A stretch of DNA of 64,000 nt from Tubulanus polymorphus (taxonomy: Eukaryota > Animalia > Nemertea), in NCBI RefSeq assembly GCF_964204645.1, contig NC_134026.1, positions 3,929,950 to 3,993,949 of the forward strand, in the 5' to 3' direction. The notes under the pieces were generated by a model, which searched no databases, was not told the origin of the DNA, and saw only the letters and a list, made by a program, of their open reading frames with translations. The position numbers and the translations under genes were made by a program. How positions within the stretch are numbered: the stretch's first letter is position 1; each line of letters opens with the position of its first letter. Below, piece by piece: positions 44,503-64,000 of the stretch.

Positions 44503-47500
44503 ATGGACCTGACGCCTGAATTTGCGCTTTTAGGTTCTACAATTAACTTTCTAGGATGTCGGGTAGGACTCATCATCACCAATTTTTGTATTTCACTAAA
44601 TCTCAATTAATTTTGAACAAACTGTCAGTTTCAAGTGTGCAGTATTGACATTTTATTCTAGTGATGACTAACAATCTCGTATTGAATTCTTATAGTTAAG
44701 CACTGGTGCGTTATCAGATATCCAACCTAACGACCCTGAGCTGAAATCCTGCATCGGAGTTCTTCACAAAACGATGAAAAAAATCTTGAATGGATTGGAA
44801 AAAGATTTGACTGCTAGTGAAAGAGAATTAGTTGAATTTAAGATTGCCTGTTACTTTGTGCTGATAATTGTCAGGCAACACTACATCAGTAGTGAAAATA
44901 ATGTGGATTGTGATCCATTAACTGGAACATTGCCTGACATGAGCAAATCATTTCTATTCTCAGCTGTTCAAGACTTAGATTTTTTCAAGGTAAATTTTCG
45001 AGAAAAAAGCTAAGAAATATAAGGTCTGGGTTTTCAAAACTTTTTGGGATAAGTGAAAATCTAATAATTGCATTTTTCTCACAGTCTACATGGGTTTTAC
45101 TCTTAGGCAAATTTGAATACATGGTTAGTTTAAAATTACTGAATTTTTCAATTGTAGGCAATGATTCTTCTACCACATTCGTTACAACAGAAAATCACCT
45201 CAGACCTTTGCGAATACTGGTCAGTTGTTTGTGACAATCCTGAAGACTTCATGCAATTCATCAAATTATTTCAACGATTTGTAAACTCAGAGATCCATAT
45301 CTGCACAATTATGCTACACAAGTTGATAGCTATTTTAGAAGCTAATTCGAAACAATGGAATACATCAAAGCAGGGCGATATACTTCTCAACCTAATGGAG
45401 GTTTTCCTGAGCATGGTTGACCCGAAGTTGAAAAGCAAACTTCCATCCTATTTGTCGGTATATTCTAAGAAAGCGAAGCTGTCATTCGACTGGGTTTTGT
45501 CAAATCATACAATTCGCGATGACAGTCAAATGAAGAACGTTTCTGATGAGGCTTTTATTACTTTTTGTGAGAAGTTGTGTGAAAGCATTATGCGCTTGCC
45601 TACTAGTTGGTTCACAGTTCTGACTGGGATGATCGACCAATTTGAAGATTTTGGCAACATGGAAAGTAATTCAGTTAGAAAGTCGATGCAATACATGGAA
45701 ATAATGAAAAATTTCATCGAATTTGTTCGTGCAAGTCCAGAGTTGCAAAATGAAAATGCCAAAATCTTGGAACAATTGATAACGAAACACGATTCGATGT
45801 TTGTAAATCCTAGTGCTGCACTTGATGAGGACCAACTGAAAGTTCATATTCAAATCGTGAATGAAAGGTTACCTAATCATAAAGAACATTTCATTCACTT
45901 GCTGAATTTAAGAGATTTTGATAAAAAATTAGAACCAATGTGGTTGAATTGCATTCGTTCCAATGTGGATATTCTCAACGACTCTGCTTCCATTTTAATT
46001 CTGATTCAGTTGTACGAGTATCTACACAATACACAGTCTATACATGAGAAGGATATTTTGCGAATTCTTGAAAAAAGTTTCAAAATGCTGCCTGAAATTG
46101 AAGTTAACAAGATTTTCAAGAACATGTCAGAATTTGATCAATTTCCTTCGGATGTAAAACTGTATGATCTCACATCCTCGATATTCAACAGATTGACCGA
46201 GGGAACTCGGAAGAATGAGGTATTTCCTGAATTCGCCTGGCTGTGTTTGAATTATCCAAGCCTGATGGTCGACCGAGCTGTCATGTTTGCTGTGAAACAT
46301 TCTGGTCAAACTAAACCGATTTCAATGCTGTTACATGCAGTCTATAATGTGTGTACTATGTCAACAGAGTCATCAACGCTTCTAGAATCTACATTAATCA
46401 AACACATAGACTCCTCATTCTTGTCAGAAAAAGAATGTGAAAATGCTAAAATGTTGATCAAATTACTGATGTCCCCACAAGAAAATTCATCCTCGCGAGG
46501 AAATCTTCTGATACCATTATTTCTGATGAAACATTTTGTAAATCACCCTGTTGGGGATTTAAATTCGAAGATTTTGTTTGGGATAGATATGTTTTACTTC
46601 ATCGCAGAGCTCAATTTTGACTACAAATTTGAAAGTGTCGACTTGTTCCCATTCTTGATACGACTTGCCTTCAAATTGAACCAATGTTTGCAGATCCTTA
46701 CGAATAACAAAAACTCTGTTCTTTCGTATAAACAGAAATGTATGAAAGCTATTGAAATAACCATCAATTTGTTGCTGAAAAAAGGTGATTCGAAGTCAAC
46801 TTGTTATCACGCGTGGTTAGAATCATATCTCATTCAAATCGACTGGACTATTCATCTATACATAGATTCGAAACTTAATGGCCATTCATACAGCGGTGTT
46901 AGACTCGATATTCTATCATTCGTCAAAGCGTGTGCCATCTGCGATGTATTAACCGTTGATAATCTGGAAAGTAAGACTGTTCCTTATAACGAACTAGTTG
47001 CCTGTTTAGTGAAAGTTTTACCGTATTGCCTGCTCACTGAATGGAGGAACATTATGCGAATAGTTGGTGAATTGTACAAACACGAACGAATATTACTCGA
47101 GCGCAACGATAACAGCGGTTGTCCGATGAATCTATCCCAGATACTGTACGACGTTCTGTACGTTAGTTCTGCAACACAAGAAGGAACGGTACTTGTCCAT
47201 ATGGTGCAATGTTATTGTATCATAACCAAGGTGAGAACTCTTTTACGTTACTTAACTGAACTCTTGTTTAGGGATCATTCATTTATAACGTACGCATAAA
47301 ATTTGAAATTTTCAACCCCCCTCCCCTCTGTACGCAAAATCGGCCATTTTTTCATATACATTAAGCATTACAAAACGCAATTGCACTGACCCCCTCCCCC
47401 TCCCCTAATGCGTACGTAATAAATGAATGACCCCTTACCAGTAAATGATTTGAAAGTGTTCTTTTGATTATTTTCAGGAATTCATATCCACACAAATTAC

Positions 47501-47750
47501 ATATGGAGATATCCTCTATTTGTTCATCCAAGCGATTGAGTTGATGAAAATTCTCCCGGAATCCACAGCTGAATCGGTCGGCGTTATGACTATTGACTTT
47601 TTACTAATCATAGAGAAACAAACCATGGCTGCTGAACAGCTCAAACGAATTGATGAATATCTCTGTAATCTCAAAGATGAAAGATTCTCAATCATTCTCA
47701 AGAAATGGACGAACATTTGTCAATCTTTGTCACAATCTGTCAGTAATTAA
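44503..47750 (+). CDS. GEMIN4: Probable Gemin4 (SMN complex), 899 aa, 4 coding exons
   Basis: Phase-0 exons 44503-44562, 44696-44989, 45158-47230 and 47478-47750. Leu-rich helical protein. LVKVLPYCLLTEWRNIMRIVGEL recalls human Gemin4 LVQVMPWCSPQEWQRL; DPLTGTLPDMSKSFLFSAV recalls its N-terminal block. The CDS is secure; the name is less so. Confidence 0.65.
47271..47434. mobile_element. PIF/Harbinger (Tourist-like) MITE
   Basis: TIRs GGGATCATTCATTTATAACGTACGCA / TGCGTACGTAATAAATGAATGACCCC with a TTA TSD on both sides. Confidence 0.85.
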
Positions 47751-48043
47751 TGTATTTCCTTGGAATCCATCAAACATGAAAGTTAAGAAATATAAGGTAC
47801 AATAAATGAAATGTTTATTTTCTACGAAATGCATTTATATATATACAGTAAACACTGCTGACAACCATTTAGAAATATCTGTGTATGATACAATTAATGA
47901 AGGAAATATTTTGTTCTTGCAAACACTTAAACTAAGGCAAAATTACGTACACTAAAGTCATGTAATTAAGTTTTTTTTCCATGATTCATTAATTTCATGA
48001 ATAATAAATATGAATGTTGATAATCAGAAGAAACATGTATTAT

Positions 48044-62358
<14,315 letters not shown>

Positions 62359-62641
62359 GTTGAACGACTACTGAACGTTCGTCGAAATAGGGTTCGAATC
62401 CCATTATTCCAAACTATTCGAAACGGCGATTTTCTCAGCAGCGATGATGCGCGCATCATTTCGATAATCTTTTAATCGATGCGAACTGACGTTTTCTTTT
62501 ATTCATTATGAATTCACATTGAGATCTATCACAGATCACAGAACTATGATTTAGAGTTAATGCACGCGTTCAGAATGATACCTCTCAGTTTTGAAGATAT
62601 CCAATAGTGAAACCGATAGTAGAAAACTGCAGCATATGAAT

Positions 62642-62757
62642 TAGTCAGTAACCTGACTGTGGTTTAGTTTTACGATCGGATATTTTCACAAACCACATTG
62701 GTATATAAGCCCATCCGATTATAAAAAGCTTACCACTAACGATTAGGCAACTAACTA
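62642..62757 (+). mobile_element. 116-bp MITE of the 9-bp-TSD family, between DDRGK1 and SNRNP200
   Basis: TAGTCAGTAACC...GGCAACTAACTA with perfect TSD CATATGAAT (62633-62641 and 62758-62766). Confidence 0.9.
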
Positions 62758-62924
62758 CATATGAATGTAATTCGATCAAAATATCTCAATCCTTTACAAT
62801 ATTACAGAAAAACACATTTTCTTAATATATTACCATTTATTCATTATCCTTCACAAAAAATAATCCAACAAAAAATGAAAAATTTAAAAGCCAAAAATGC
62901 GAAAAAGAGTTTATTTTATAACAG

Positions 62925-64000
62925 CTATGCGGATACATCTACAGACTCTGAGGCTGACATAAGTTTTTTCTGTATCTCATTATCGGGCGAAAGGTCTATT
63001 AATTTATTGCTCGATTCCGCTAGCTCTGTGATTGAAACTCTTCCTCTCTGTTTGATGAATTTAGCCACTGCCTCCAGTTCTTCCATCGTGATATAAATGA
63101 ATTTGCCTCGGTCGTCGATGACGCCGGTTAATCTACCTTCTTCTTGTAAACTTTGCACACGTTCAATACAATCCTAAAACAATAATTTAGCAATAAATTA
63201 GCAATTAGACTTAATCACTGAATTGTGCAAAATCAAAATTAAGTTTTATGTAATTTAGTACCTGAGTTTTGATTTTGAAATGTGCCGCTAAATCCTCAAG
63301 CATAACAACTTTCATTTGCTGTAAAATAGAAAGTTGAAATATGCTATATGTTTTTCAACCGTAGATCAAGAAAAGAATTAAATGAGAAGATAGCTTACCT
63401 TTATATAATCGATGAACTCTTGTAACAGTGATTCAGGCTAAGAAAAAAAACATGAGGAAGATTTTTTAAGCAATAATTAAATGGAATATGAGTAGAAACT
63501 TCCAAAAACTAAATAACTTACATCAGCATCCAAGTTTTCTACATCTACACCCTCCTCATCAACTGTGAATGCTTCTTTCATTTTTAAATATTCTTCATGT
63601 GCTCTTTTTTCTTCTTCTTCTTTCCTTTTCTTCTCTTCAGCTTCCTGTAATACAGGTATGATTAGTGGCAAGATATCAAAACTATAAATTCATTTCACAA
63701 CCGTTAAAAAGCAAGTAAAAGCATAATTTCTTACTCGAAGCGCTTCTTCTGCTTTTTCTTGTTCCTCTTTCTCTTTCCTCAGTTTCTCAAATTCTGCCTC
63801 TCTTTTCTTCCTTTCTTCGCGATCCCTCTCTACTTGCTGAAACAATAAAATATCAAAGATTTAAAAAACATTTCTGACAAAATCTTTTCTATCTTAAGCA
63901 TTTGATCAACACTGATTCGTTACCTCTCTCATGGCCTTTTTCTCAGCTTTTTCCTGAATTTTTCTTAGTTTCTTTGCTCCAATTTTACCCTCTGTATCAT
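62925..64000 (-). CDS. DDRGK1: DDRGK domain-containing protein 1 (UFBP1), 3' exons; gene continues beyond the window
   Basis: Charged coiled coil; [17 protein letters not shown]; [10 protein letters not shown]; [15 protein letters not shown]...[18 protein letters not shown] (PCI domain). Confidence 0.96.

Overview
This is an intron-rich, AT-rich animal (invertebrate, plausibly lophotrochozoan) genomic window, not a prokaryotic one. It holds nine tightly packed protein-coding genes: the 3' end of BNIP3/NIX (+, missed by the ORF track), V-ATPase subunit B (-), AUP1 (+), ALMS1 (+), TAF1B (+), DCAF10 (-), a probable GEMIN4 (+), SNRNP200/Brr2 (-) and the 3' part of DDRGK1 (-). Two gene pairs are head-to-head and three are tail-to-tail. 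Introns and UTRs carry many non-autonomous DNA transposons, a 5'-truncated LINE, a ~500-bp foldback palindrome and a minisatellite-filled TIR element. I found no clearly novel multi-gene system. The best leads are a 9-bp-TSD transposon family seen as both an 846-bp form and a ~115-bp derivative, a TFEB/MITF CLEAR/M-box cluster (one site MITE-borne) at the ATP6V1B/AUP1 promoter, a divergent and possibly alternatively spliced BNIP3 tail, a GC-AG intron in ALMS1, and interlocked poly(A) signals of GEMIN4 and SNRNP200. Gene identities rest on my recall of family motifs; no searches were run. Exon coordinates were read by hand and may be off by a few nt.
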